Assembly (NCBI RefSeq): GCF_963921235.1 | Contig: NC_086107.1 | Location: forward strand, 111,726,001 to 111,790,000 | Direction: 5' to 3' | Source: Mobula hypostoma | Lineage: Eukaryota | DNA: 64,000 nucleotides | Shown here: positions 25,828 to 39,547 of the stretch, one piece after another | Position numbering within the stretch: the first letter of the stretch is position 1 | How the letters are laid out: each line of letters begins with the position of its first letter | Made by a program: the position numbers and the translations under genes | Notes under the pieces: generated by a model | What the model saw: the letters and a program-made list of their open reading frames with translations, nothing else | What the model was told of the DNA's origin: nothing | Databases searched by the model: none

Positions 25828-26509
25828 CACACATATCTTATTGCAATTTATATTTTTTATTCCAACGTAGTGCTACTGCAGAACAACAAATTTCCTGACA
25901 TATGCCAGTGATATTAAACCTGTTTCTGATGCTGATATTTTATATAAACATTGGCCTGAAATGGTATTTCTTTCTCTCGCCATATTTGCTGTTCTGAGTG
26001 TCAGCAGCATTTCTGTTTGTGACAAATGCAGATCGCCGGGCTCCTCTGGCTGTGTGGGAATCGCTTGCTAAACAGCGGCTTTTGCGTGTAACTGAGGCAG
26101 ATGGAAAACCTCAGACAGCAGAATGTGTACGCCATTGTTTAGAACATTATCTTCAGAACACTGGTCGGTGGTAACCCAGACCCACACGAAAAACTGCACA
26201 GTCACTGTTGACTGGAGTTAGTCTCCAGTGACTCATCGATGACCTTGATTCAAAGTGACAATCAGTCTGTGGTGATGTTGTTATGGCTATAGTGAAACCC
26301 TGTTGTGTAAGTGTGAGGTGGCCTTCTGTAGTCAGTAGTGCATTGACTCTCTGGTCCTCCTGATAAAATGGCGCCAGATCCTGACCTAAACCCGTCCTGT
26401 CTGTTGATCCTACCTGCTGCGCCTCCTTCCACAAACAATCTACAACTCATGTTCTCAATATTTTTTGTATTTTCATAATTTGTCTTTTGCACATTGGTTA
26501 ATAATTACT

Positions 26510-26930
26510 ACTTATTACTGCCCGTTATGCTGCTGGCATTTGGGGCAGCAATGAAAGTCCCCGATCTCTGGTGGTATTCAGGGCTTCCTTCATCGAGACA
26601 GTAGCTTCCTCCCGGTTTTCGCCTCTGTCAGTCATGCAAGTCCCGGGCGGAGACTCAGGAATACCGTCACACTCAGATGTAGAAGGGTTCTTCATTGCTG
26701 TTTCCGTAACAGTCTTGGTTTACCAGTCAGGGTTGTTAGCCCTGAGCTGAACCCCCCGAACCTGGAGGACCAGTGGACCACTCTTAGTCTGGCCTCTACC
26801 CTTTGACCTGTTTGGCATGGGTGACCCTACCAAGAGCATAAAGCCCTGACTTCAGCCAACATAGCTCTCCGAATCATTGAGGCTTGCAAACCTCCAAACC
26901 CTACGGCAAGGTTGTAGTCCTCTTGGAGGT
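26510..26930 (-). mobile_element. Second copy of the 10110-10540 short retroelement
   Basis: Reverse-complement similarity along its length. Confidence 0.65.
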
Positions 26931-26949
26931 GCTTAATAATAGTCATAAC

Positions 26950-28520
26950 TTACTTACAGAGCATGTTTCATACAGAAGACATAGTTCAAAGTGCATTATA
27001 ACAGGATAAGGTGCAAATATGAAAATAAAAGGCAAAAAGATGTTAATTAAAAGCAAAGTTAAATTGAGTAAATAGTTTTTGAGTTGGCATTTAAGACCGT
27101 CTACTGAGTCTACATCCCTTATAGTTTTGGGTATTGAATTCCACAGATTCGGAGTGTAGTTTAAAAAAGCTGACCTGCCAATTATCTTTTGAGGGAGATT
27201 GTTTAAATTTTAAAGACTGGCAGAAGAAGACCTGATAACTCAAGCAGGATTATAAAATGAAAACGAATCTGTGATTTACTCTGATCCCAGACCATTGAAA
27301 ACTTTAAAAACAAGTAAGAGAACTTTAAAATCAATTCTAAAAGATACAGGAAGACAATGCAGAGTGGCTAGGACGGGATGAGTGATACGTTCCCTCATCC
27401 TGGTTTTGGTTACAAATCTAGCAGCAGCATCCTGAATGAGTTGAAGTTTGTCGATAGATTGCTTTGGAAGGCTGGTACAAAGCGCATTGCAGTAACCTAG
27501 TCTATTCGATATAAAGGCAAGAGTTAGTTTTTCAGCATCGTTATGTGACAGAAATGGACGTACCTTTCCAATATTGCTTAAGTGTAGAAATGTTGCTCAG
27601 GTCACTTTCTTTATGTGGGATTTAAAATTCAAATCCAAATCAAGGATAACACCCAGGCTTGTTGCTTCTGTTTGTACAAGAGAGACCAAGTTCCCAAGTT
27701 TATCCAGAGTTTATTTGTTTTGGCTTCGGGACAAACCAACGATATTCCAGTTTTACCTTCATTTAGTTTTAGGAAATTAGTGCTCATCTTTTAGTTTATT
27801 GCAGTCATACCAGAAGTCAGAGAAATTACCATTAGGCTCAACTGAGATATACAATTGTGCGTCATCTCCAACTGTGGAAATAAAGTTTCTGCTCGCTAAT
27901 GATGTCTCTTAAGGGGAGCATGTATAAGGAGAAGAGTAGGGGACCAAGACTGCTTCCCTGAGCAATACTAAAAGGCACATTGTATCTCTTAGAAAATTGG
28001 CCTCCAAGACAGACAAAGAAATGTCCTCTCTAACATATATGAGCGAAAACAATTCAGGGCACTTCCAGGGAGCCCAATCCAGTTCTCAAGGTGATCCAGG
28101 AGAATGTTTTGTAAATTATGTCGAAGGCAGCACTCAGGTCTAGGAGAATTGGAAGTGAGATTCTGTTGGCATCAGAGTTGAGCCTAAGGTCACTGACAAT
28201 TTTGGTAAGGGCCGTCTCCGTGCTGTGGTTTGTTCTAAAACCCGACGGAAACTTTTCTAGGATATTTTTCTCATTAAGAAAGTTGTCGAGCTGAGTGACC
28301 TCAAAAATCTTGCCCAGGAAGGGAGGATTTGATCTAGGCCTGTAGCTAGCTAGTAGCTCACTTTTGGCTTTTTTAAGTAGGGGTTGGACAGCCGCAGCTT
28401 TGAAGGCATCTGGAAAAACTCCAGATTCAAGGGAAGTGTTAATAATTTTCCTAACAGAATTGACATCTCTATTCAAAGAAACCTTAAAAAGTATGGTAGG
28501 GACAGGGTCGAGACAGCAAG
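26950..28520 (-). mobile_element. Degenerate L2-clade LINE (RT region to 3' end)
   Basis: ORF 28054-28554 (LDPVPT..SGFRTNHSTETALTKIVSDL..LLDLSAAFD). Abutted by a CR1 3' fragment at about 28520-28812. Confidence 0.75.
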
Positions 28521-29403
28521 TAGACAATAGACAATAGGTGCAGGAGTAGGCCATTCAGCCCTTCGAGCCAGCACCGCCATTCACTGTGATCATGGCTGAT
28601 CATCCACAATCAGTACCCTTTTCCTGCCTTCTCCCCATATCCCTTCACTCCGCTATCTTTAAGAGCTCTATCTAGCTCCTTCTTGAAGGAATCCAGAGAA
28701 CTGGCCTCCACTGCCTTCTGAGGCAGAGCATTCCACAGAGCCACAACCCTCTGTGTGAAAAAGTTTTTCCTCAACTCCGTTCTAAATTGTCTACCCCTTA
28801 TTCTTAAACTGTCCTCAGACCCCTCAGTTAATGGTATAGAAAGGTTGAGAACCCCTGCTTTAATGCAATTCAGATGAAAGCTAGCAATTGGGCTCACCAG
28901 AGTGCGAGTGAAGCACTGGGCCCAGTGTGTCCTGTTGCCGAGGGTTCGGTGAAAATCTGAAGAGCGCAGATGGGAGGGAACACTCCCCACAGGGAATGCC
29001 AGCAGATGTTGAGTTCAGCTATCTCGGCTGTCCGTTGTAGAGAAGGGAGTGCCTGCTGTCTTAGGAGATGCATTTGTTCTGCAAGGGGAGCTGAAAAAGC
29101 ACATTTCTAAATCTAAATGTGCTTCAAACACCTGATTATCTAAGTACAATGTATTGCCCATTAACTACAGATCACGTTTGTCCAGCTCAGACGTTCTGTC
29201 GCAAAGTCTGATTCAAGTGTATGAGTCATTGTACCTTCCTTGTTCTCAGTTGCTTGTGAAGAACCACTTCCCTTAACAGAGAGGTCAGCAATGAGGTTAG
29301 GAATCAGAATCAGAATCAGGTTTAATATCACCAGCGTATGTCATGAAGTTTTTTTATCTTTACGGCAGCTGTACAATGCAATAGATGATAAATATAGAAA
29401 AAA

Positions 29404-29911
29404 ATCCCACCCTGCAAAAACTCATTTCAGGGAGGTGGCACCTTCAATTTCCGGGAGAGGTGGGATGTCTGCAATAGAGTAGCTCCTGAGCAGCTAGCCA
29501 GCTAGTTTAAATAACGTTAGCTATGCTAATGAACGAATGACACCTGTTAAACTCACCTCAACATGTCTTTTACAGTCTTAACCCACCATGGGCAATAGAA
29601 AAGTCACTGTTGCAAACAGTGCAGCGAGCAACACTGTCATTATTTTTGACCCCTATTAGGCAGGGGTACACTTTAGTGTAGTCTGGAGAAACCTAAGTTT
29701 TATATTTTCTTTTTTTGGAACACTCTGCCATGGCGCTCTCTCTCTCGCGCTGTCTCTCCTGTGCTCTCTTGCTCTCTCTTGCTCTCCCTCTCTCACTCGC
29801 TCGCTCTCAAAAAATCGATTTCCGGGATATTGTACATAATTTGCGGGCATCAGGGAGCCGCTATCAATATGCGGGAGACTCCCTGAACTTCTGGGAGAGG
29901 TGGGATGTCTG
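29404..29911. mobile_element. Non-autonomous DNA-transposon-like fragment
   Basis: GGGAGAGGTGGGATGTCTG occurs twice (about 29453-29471 and 29893-29911), and the fragment interrupts a Rex1-type tail. Confidence 0.45.
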
Positions 29912-29939
29912 GTACTAATTTGGATATTAAGTAGTTAAG

Positions 29940-30520
29940 TCGTGCAAGAAACAGAAATAAATTTTAAAAAAAGTAGTGAGGTAGTGTTCACGGATTCAAT
30001 GTCCATTCAGAAATCAGACAGCAGGGGGGGAGAAGCTGTTCCTGCATCGCTGAGTGTGTGCCGTCAGGTTTCTGTACCTCCTCCCTGATGGTAACAATGA
30101 GAAGAGGGCATGTCCTGGGTGATGGGGGTCATTAATAATGGACGCCACCTTTTTGAGGCATCGCTCCTTGAAGATGTCCTGGGTACTACAGAGGCTAGTG
30201 CCCATGATGGAGCTGACTAATTTTACAACTTTCTGCAACTTACTTTGATCCCGTGCAGTAGCCCCCCCCCCGCCACACCCCCTCCCCCATACCAGACAGT
30301 GATGCAGTCAGTCAGAATGCGCTCTACCGTGCATCTGGAGAAGTTTTCGAATGCTTGAGGTGACAAACCAAATCTCCTCAAACTCCTGATGAAATATAGC
30401 CGCTGTCTTGCCTTCTTTATAGCTGCATCGGTATGTTGGGGTCAGGTTAGGTCCTCAGTGATACTGACACCCGGGAACTTGAAATTGCTCGCTCCCTCCA
30501 CTTCTGATCACTCTTTGAGG
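29940..30520 (-). mobile_element. Rex1-type LINE remnant
   Basis: ORF 30014-30238 (IINDPHHPGHALFSLLPSGRRYR). Confidence 0.7.
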
Positions 30521-32217
30521 ACTGGAAGGGAAATATTTTCAGTTTGGAACCTACTGCGTGGTTACGGCCTGAGCTGTTATGGTTGTTCTCAATAAAGACA
30601 AACCTGGCCAGGGTTTATGTTAGACCGTGTCATTATTGAACTGCTTAACGCTGCGCTTACGCGACAAGATCACCATCATTGCTTCTGTTTCTGGGTGAAC
30701 ACCCTCCCACGTTACCCACTGGGAAATGAAGTTCTGTCTTATGCACACATAGTAACACAGAACCCACTAACTGAGAGAGTGGTAAGGCCAGAAATCGGCA
30801 CCAAGTCCAGGAGTGCCTCAAAGGAGCCCTGATGTGTCGTTACCTACAGGGCTATGGACCGAGAGGCAGGGACTGGAAGCTTTGACATTGATTCATGGAA
30901 ATGGAGAGCAAATGGCCTCCATTTTGTAATTTTCTGGATGATTGTCTAATCACAGCACAGGGTCACTAAGGCAAGTATCCGAGACAGCCCATGGACCATT
31001 CGAAACTTGACTGGCTGTTTGATTAGAACTTCGGACTTCACTGAGGTTGTGGCTCGGACTTGGTAGTTGTTTTTAGGTTTGTAGGGATGGTTTTGGGGGA
31101 TAGAGCAAGGAGTTAGGGGTTACCTTAGGGTTTAGGGACAGGGATGAGGGGCAGCTAGAGATCAGGCTGGGGATCTAGGCCTCACTCAGAGTTCGAGCAC
31201 ATTGGGAGGAAAGTGGCTTGTTTTGCTGTCATGGTTGTGGTGCCTTTGTTCTGGTGTTGTTGCCATTGTTTGTGTTATTCTGCTGAACATAGTCGGCATG
31301 CCACGTGCCGACACTTGCGAGGTGTCGCCCGGCACATCCTTAGGTTGTGTCAGACCATAAAACCAGGAGCCGAATCAGGCCACGTGGCCTACAGAGTCTG
31401 TTCCGCCATTTCATCATGGCTGATCCAAATTTCCCCCTCAGCCCCAGTCTCCTGTCTTCCCCCTGTAACCTTACATGCCCTGACTAATCAAGAAGTTATT
31501 AACCTCTGCCATAAAGGCACCCGATCACCTGTGGCAACGAATTCCACAGATTCACCACCCTCTGGCTGAAGAAATTCCTCCTCATCTCCGTTCTAAAAAG
31601 ACGCTCCTCAATTCTGAGGCTACGTCCTCTGTCTTAGACTCCCCCACCATAAGAAACAGCCTCTCCACATCCACGCTATCGAGGCCTTTCAACGTTCAAT
31701 AAGTTTCAACGCGGTCCCCCTTATTCTTCTGTATTCCAGTGAGTAGAGGCCCAGAGCCCTCAAACACTCCTCATATGACAAGCCTCTCAATCCCGGAGTC
31801 ATTTCAGCAAAACCTCCTTTGAACCCTCTCCAATTGTGTTGGTTGTTTACGCAAACCATGCAGCTCACTGTATGTTTTGATGTTGAACCTGAACCTTGGA
31901 TTAGTACCTTTACCCAATGGTTTACTCACGGTGAGGCAACTGTGTTTATATCAGTAAATTAAACATGAGCCTGGTATTGCTGAACTGTTTACCGTTCCAC
32001 ATTACAGACGCACAAGAGTTTGACTGGCCCAGTGCAGACAACAGGGCTCCTTCTGTATCAATAGCAGTAGGCTATTTATTCCTCAGCCGCACTGACAAAT
32101 GATTTACAGCTCAAGGAAATTCAGAATAGTAACTACATATAAACAAGGCTGACGTAACCATGCTCAGAGGAGAGGGGCTGTTGTAATTGTGTTTGTGTGG
32201 AGAGGCTGTGCGACTGA

Positions 32218-32700
32218 AGCAACACACACAAAATGTTGGGGGAACTCAGGAGGTCGGGCAGTATCCATGGAAAAAAGTAAACAGGCGATGTTTCGGGCCG
32301 AGACCCTTCTTCGGAACTGAGAGGGAACGGGGGAAATACCGGAATTAAAAGGTGGGGGCTGGTGAGGGCTGGAAGGAAACTAGCTGGAAGGTGATTGGTG
32401 AAGCCAGGTGGATGGGAAAGGTCAAGGACTGGAGAAGAAAGAATCTGACAGGAGAGGAGAGTGGACCATAGGAGAAAGGGAAGTAGGAGGGGATCCGGGG
32501 GGGGGGGAGCGGCGCGGTGGAGTAACAGGCAGGTGAGAAGAGGCGAAAGATCAGAGGAAATGGGGTGAGGGGCTATTGTTCACCGAAAGGAGAAATTGAT
32601 AATTATACCATCAGGCTGGAGGGTACCCAGGCAGAATATAAGCTGTTGCTCCTCCACCCTGCTGGTGGGGGGGGGGGTGGCCTCATCTTGGGACAAGAGG
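32218..32700 (-). mobile_element. Penelope-like 3' fragment
   Basis: Reverse complement of the 1-440 type sequence. Confidence 0.65.
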
Positions 32701-32739
32701 GGATATATAACTGGGATTAGTGTGGAGAGGCTCTGTAAC

Positions 32740-33248
32740 TAAGTCAAGTCACTTTTTATTGTCATTTCAACCATAACTGCTGGTACAGAACATAGTAAAA
32801 ATGAGACAACGTTTTCCAGGACCATGGTGCTACATGAAACAATACAAAAACTACACTGAACTACGTAAGAAAAAAACACAAAAACTACACTAGACTACAG
32901 ACCTATCCAGGACTGCATAAAGTGCACAAAACAGTGCAGGGACTACAATAAATAATAAACAAGACAATAGGTACACTAGAGGGCAGTAGGTTGGTGTCAG
33001 TCCAGGCTCTGGGTATTGAGGAGTCTGATGGCTTGGGCGAAGAAACTGTTACATAGTCTGGTGATGAGAGCCCAAATGCTTCGGTGCCTTTTTCCAGATG
33101 GCAGGAGAGAGAAGAGTTTATTTGAGGGGTGCGTAGGGTCCTTCATAATGCTGTTTGCTTTGTGGATGCAGCATGTGGTGTAGATATCTGTGATGGCGGG
33201 AAGAGAGACCCCGATGATCTTCTCGGCTGACCTCACTATCCGCTGCAG
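32740..33248 (-). mobile_element. Rex1/Babar LINE 3' fragment
   Basis: ORF 32997-33236 with a GACTT-type tail. A longer copy lies at about 48700-49310. Confidence 0.75.
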
Positions 33249-33909
33249 ACTACTAGATCTGTGAGTAGGGCTGTGTAGTAATGAGGGACCTGTGTAAGCT
33301 GCATCACTGTTGTAACGAGGTGTGTGTAGCAGGGATGTCTAACTGAGGTCATTGTGGAGGTCGGGGGGGGGCTTAATTGGAAAGGAAGGGAGAAGAAGAC
33401 AAAACAACCACTCCCCTTTCCTATCAGATTCCTTCTCCTTTTCAGTCCTTTACCTCTTTCTACTCACACCCACCCCCCCCCCCCAACCTTCTTATTCTGG
33501 CATCTTCCATCTCCCTTTGCAGGGTCTTGGCCTGAAATGTTGACAGCTTATTCCTCTCTGTAGATGCTGCCTGGCCTGGCGAATTTCTCCAGCATTTTGT
33601 GTGTGTTGCTCTGGATTAACAGTATCTGCAGAATCTTTTGTGTCTCAGAAGATCTGCTGTGTTGCATGAGTACTTTTCGGATCTCCTGGCTACTATCTTT
33701 TGAGTGATTTATTTCACGGATACAACAGAACCTCTTGGGTTTCTAATGAAGTGGATCAATGTCCTGAGGCTATATCACTGGGTTAATGTAGGACTGATCA
33801 GTGCTGTGTGTGCCTTGTGCTGTGTATGACTGTTGGTTCTGCGTTTTGTACCTTGGTCCCAGAGTAAAGTTGTTTCATTTGGCTGTATTCATGGGTTTTT
33901 ATATATTAA

Positions 33910-34192
33910 GTTAAAGTCTGTCCTGTGCCTTATAGGCTCATCAGGCCGGTGCTTATGCCGGTTTCCGTAGCGTGAAGTGACTGAGAGTATGAGACCCCTC
34001 CCCGGATAGGACGCCAGTCTATCGCGAGGTTAACCCCCAGCATTTTGCTGGTACCCATTTTCAGCTGGGTGGACTGGAGCACTGTGTGGTTAAGTGCCTT
34101 GCTCAAGGACACAACACGCTGCCTCGGCTGGGGCTCGAACTCACGACCTTCAGATCGCTAGTCCAACGCCTTAACCACTTGGCCACGCGCCA
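33910..34192 (-). mobile_element. tRNA-derived SINE with the same head as 21838-22143 but a different body
   Basis: GGCGCGTGGCCAAGTGGTTAAGG...GAGTTCGAGCCCC head. Confidence 0.7.
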
Positions 34193-34373
34193 CAATTTTT
34201 TATATATTGATGAACGATAATTAAACTTGAACGAAAGTCTGATGTAAGCAGGTATATGCAGATGGTCTGGTGGAACTGGGATTAGTATAGAGGAGCAGAC
34301 TAACTGACTCAGTGGACTGGAATTGTGTAACTGGGTTAGCGTAGAGAAGTTGGTGTAAGTGGGATTACCGTAT

Positions 34374-35169
34374 TGTTACGTACCCCGTAACTGGGTTGCC
34401 AAACCAGCAGAAATGGAACACGTGTTGGAGTCTGTGATTACTAGAAACTAATAAAGTTTTATTAAAGAAATAAGTAATACAGTACACTAATCGTAAGGAT
34501 ATAAATGTAACAGGTTAGCAATGATAATACACACATATACACAGAACCAGGGTAATAGGAATCAACCAAGCTCTATTGCAGTCTAGGGGTAAAATGATCA
34601 GTCTTAAGTGAGGCAAGTTCAGTTCAGGTTAGTGCAGTTCGAAGTAATCGCTGTTGTTGTACCGTTGGGGGAGAGAGAGAGAGAGATGCAGTTGGTTTCG
34701 GGCAGACCTTTTGATGTCTTCTGATCCTGCTGTGGTCACCGACTATGACCCCTCTGTTCCGGATACGATCGTTCTTCCGTGGTGAACCCGGCACCCAGGC
34801 AAGGATGGACACACACCCCAGGTTCCCACCAATCGTACCTTTACACCCTGTGAGCCTCTAACCGATTTCCCGTGAACCGGTCCTCCAAACTCTCACCAAC
34901 TTGTGGGGGCACACTGCTCTTTCCAGGGTCTTGTGGCGTGTCTCGTGCCTTAGCAAACCAGCTCTTTTTATCCCCCTGCTGGGGTATCACATGTCCATCA
35001 AACTTCAAACAGTTCAGGTTCAAAGCAAACGGTCTGTCAATATCTAAATTGTGTTTCTTTCTCATTAATCTCTCTCTTCTCTCTTATTAGCATTTTGAAT
35101 GTTTCTCCATTGTCTTCCATTATCTCTCTCATTAGCATCATCCGTCCGGTAGCTCTGCTTGGCGTCACA
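34374..35169 (-). mobile_element. Probable solo LTR, about 796 bp
   Basis: TGTTACG...CGTCACA termini and a minus-strand AATAAA near 34460. No matching TSD was seen. Confidence 0.55.
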
Positions 35170-36214
35170 CCTGTTCCACCTTGGTCAGTGTAACCAACAG
35201 CAACCCTGTCATACGTTGGGAAATTTAAATGCTTGTTATTAATTCTGGAATTACATGCCCTCTTCCCATTACTACCATCAGGGGGAAAGTAAAGAAGCCT
35301 AAGGATACACACTCTACATTTCATGTGTTGTGACATGAACAAAGTCACTTGAAAGATGCTGAACCTAGTGGATATAGAAATGCTTCATTCAGCAAAAATG
35401 AGCAACAGGCATCATGCAGGCCTTTCAGCCCACAAAGCCATGTCGAAGATGTACTTACTTTAGAAATTACCTAGAGTTACCCATGGCCCTCTATTTTTCT
35501 AAGCTCCATATAGTCTCTTTTAACAGACTCCTATCCAGGAGTCTGTTAAAAGACCCTATCGTATCCACCTCCACCACCATCGCCAGCAGCCTATTCCATG
35601 CACTCACCACTCTCTGCGTAAAAAACTTACCCCAACATCTCCTCTATACCTACTTCCAAGCACCTTAAAACTGTGCCCTTTTGTGTTAGCCATTTCAGCC
35701 CTGGGAAAAAGCCACTGACTATTGACACGATCAATGCCTCTCATCATCTTATACATCTCTATCATCCTCTCATCCTCCGTCACTCCAAGAAGAAAAGCCC
35801 AAATATCACTGACATATGTCGTGAAATTTGATGCTTTGTGGCAGCAGTAGATTTCAACACATAAAAATTTTAAATTACAATAACTAATACGAAAAGAATT
35901 AATTTAAATACTGTAAGCAGTGCCAATAAGAAGTTGTTCCTTAAACGTTGAGTGTGTGTCTTCAGGCTCCTGTAGCTCCTTTCTGATGGCAGCTATGAGA
36001 AGAGGGTGTGTACTGAATGACAGATGATTTGAGGCATTGCAATTTGAAGATACCCTCAGTGCTGGGGAGGTTAGTGCTCGTGATGGAACTGGCTGAGTTT
36101 TCAACCCTCTGCATCTTTTTACTGATCCTGCGCAGTGGCCCCTCCATACCAGACGGTGATGCGACCAGTCAGAATGCTCTCCAGGGTACATCTGTAGAAC
36201 ATCTCAGTGTTAAC

Positions 36215-36915
36215 ACGTTAGCCATTCCCTTAAGATTAACTTGCAGGTTGAGTCAGTAGCGAGGAAAGAAAATGCAATTTAGAATCCATTTCGAGAGAGC
36301 TTGAACATCAGGGATGCAATGTTGAGACTTTGTTAGGCACTGGTCAGCCACATTTGGAATATTAAGGGCAGTTTTGGGCCCTGTATCTAAGAAAGGATGT
36401 GCTGGCATTGGAGATGATCCAGAGGAGGTTCACGAGAGTGACTTTGGGAATGAAAGGGTTAATGTATGAGGAGTGTTTGATGGCTCCGGGCCTGTACTTG
36501 TTGGAAGTTTAGAAGATTGAAGAGGGATCTCACTGAAACCTACCGAATATTGAAAAGCCTAGATAGAGTGGACGTGGAGAGGATGTCTCCTATAGTGGGA
36601 CAGTCTAGGACCAACGGGCACAGCCTCAGAATAGAAGGATGTCCCATTAGAACAGAGAGGAGGAGGAATTTCTTTAGCTGGAGGGTGGTCAATCTGTGGA
36701 ATTCATTGCCACAGATGGCTGTTGAGGCCAAGTCATTTGGAATATTTAAAGTGGAGGTTGATAGGTTCTTGATTAGTAAGGGCATAAAAGGTTAGGGGGA
36801 GAAGGCAAGAGAATGGGGTTGAGAGGGAAAATAAATTTGCCATGATGGAATGATTCGAAAGCCAAAACTCGATGGGCCGAATGGCCTAATTCTGCTCCCA
36901 TGTCTTATGGTCTCA
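36215..36915 (+). mobile_element. CR1 LINE 3' fragment
   Basis: ORF 36517-36795. Confidence 0.8.
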
Positions 36916-38625
36916 TAATGCACGTAAGAGATTCTGCAGATGCTGACCTGCAGAGTTCCTTCAGCGTCTTGTGTGTTGTTCAATTATTCTGACGCTAAAT
37001 TAAAGCAAAGCTGCTGATCGTTGTAAAAACCCACCAGATTCACCCACATCTTTCAGAGATGCAAGTCTGGCCCCTTCTTTGAGCCACATGTGACCCCTTC
37101 AACTCCGCACCGTCACACCCGTGGGGCACGAAATGCCGGCATTACCGGTTCTGGAACCGGTCAGTTTATGAGGTGACCTCTCACCACGGTAGCAAAGCAG
37201 TTAGCGCGACACTATTACAGCTCAGAGCCTCAGAGTTAAGAGTTCAGTTCCGGTTCCTTCTGTACGCCCTCCCTGTGGAATGCAGAGGTTTTCTCCGGGT
37301 GCTCCAGTTTCCTCCCACAGTCCAAAGACGTACCGGTTGGTAGGTTAATTGCTCATTGTAAGTTGTCCTGTGATGAGGCTGAGGATAAATCAGGGCTTGT
37401 TGGGTTGCACGTGTTGAAGAGCTGGAAGGGCCTATTACACACTGTATCTCTATAAATAACACATGGCATTCCTCCAGCAAGTTAGAAACCAGCCTTTCAC
37501 AGTTTAGGTGAATTCCCTTTTCGGAAGCTCAGTCTGAACACATCAGGACATGATGCTGTTGGCCTGACGACACCACGATGATGTGATCAGATTGTTGCAG
37601 CAACCCGGTTCCTATTTCCCAGGCCCAGTCCTTTTTCCCATCTAACTCTGTACTGAAAGTCCTGACTGTTTCCACACCCCTTACTGGCAGTGGCGTCCAC
37701 TTTTATCTGACTCATTGTGACACAGAATGTAATCGGGAAGGAGGCTACGCAGCACGCACCCAAGAGCCACCAGATTCAGAAGCAGCAACTTTGCCCAAGC
37801 TGTCAGGCTGATCAGAATCTCTACCCGTTTTCCCACCCCTCCACACCCCCCACCACCACTACTACATGCACTTCAGCTAATGTCGCAGTTTGTCTTGTTC
37901 TTTTCCTTTCAAATGTGGCTCTGCTTCTGTTGGTGCCTGTGATCTACATTTTGGTGGTGTGTTTTCTGGCCGCTTGAGCAATCTGGCGCAGTCTCCGAGA
38001 GCGTTTGGTGAGGCGTGCGGCCTAGAGGCCAAGAAGCCTGGAGACCATGATCGATTCTATTTCTCACCCATTTTGCTGACGGAAGTGTCGAGGAAGGCTG
38101 AAATCATCGAGGCTGAGGCGAAAGTGGAAGGAGAGCGGGTGCCTAGCATTGTCCATCAGCCTCTCGCTCGCTGCTGCCAGCAGGAGGTGGCAGCTTGCGA
38201 CTGGTCTCTTGTTCTCCCTCACCGCTGCCAGAGGAGCTTCCCTCCATTTGAGTGGGCTCTCTCTCCCTCGAGGCTGCCAGAGTCTTGGGTCTTGAGCAAG
38301 GTTTAATCAACGTGGTTTGTGGATTAGACTCTGTAGCTCATGTTATGATGCGTTTCCGGCTTCAGGTCACTCCTTTCTTCCTTGTTATTTTGGGTGATTC
38401 TGATCGGGGCAACCTGCAGATAATAAACGGCGAAATGCTAGATTGAACTAGAACGGAGCTGAACTCAATATGCCTGGGCACTTTCTATTCTGAGATTTTG
38501 CTTGCTTTTTTTGCCACTTGCACAATTCATTTCTTTTTGTTTGCGGGGAGTTCCATGGTGTTTCCTTGTTTCGTGGCTGTCTCTGGGAAGACAAATCTCA
38601 GGGTTGTATACTGCATAAGAAAAGG

Positions 38626-38930
38626 CATCCGTTAGTCTTGCGAGACCATGGATCTGCACCTGGAAAGTCTTCACTCTCCAGGGCACAGGCCTGGGCAAGG
38701 TTGTATGGAAGACCAGCAGTTGCCCATGCTGCAAGCCTCCTCTCTCCACGACACCGATGTTGTCCAAGGGAAGGGCATTAGGACCCATACAGCTTGGCAC
38801 CAGTGTCGTCACAGAGCAATGTGTGATTAAGTGCCTTGCTCAAGGACGCAGCACATTCCCTCGGCTGGGGCTGGAACTCACGACCTTCAGGTCGCTAGTC
38901 CAATGCTTTAACCACTTGGCCATGTGCCTA
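38626..38930 (-). mobile_element. tRNA-derived SINE (copy of 21838-22143)
   Basis: Direct similarity. Confidence 0.75.
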
Positions 38931-39547
38931 CACTGCATACACACTTCGATAATAAATGCAATTTGTATCTTTGAATGTACATACAATCAGTCAATATATA
39001 TAACAGTGACTTGTACATGGTGTTTTATAGGATAAGTTTTATAGTTACACAGTATTTATTGTGATATTTTTTGTTTGTGTTCTTTATGTTTATTGTGGGT
39101 GTTTGATGCTGCATTGAATGCAGAGTAACAATCATTTTGTTCTCCTTTACCCTCGTGTGCTGAAGAATGACAACAAAGAATCTCGAATCTTGAATTCGGC
39201 CCATCGAGTCCCAACAGAGGAACTGCAACCCCTTCCCCATTCTCCCCACCTAACTCAGCGGTACACCTGTACACCTGCTCGTTAATGCAAATATCTAATC
39301 TCTAACCCAACGGTTTCTTCCTTTCCCGTCATGGCGCCGGAGGGTGGTGACTCCTCATGTTCAGCCCCGAAGAGAATCATCGAATGTTCTCGGAAAAAGG
39401 TTACTACCACTGAAATGTACAGTTACAGCCATTGATACTTCAGTAAGCAGCATTGTTTTGCTTTTTTTTTTGGGCTACCTGTACTTATTTATTTTCTAAT
39501 TATATAGATATTTCTGTTTGTAATTTACAGTATATTTTATATTTTAA

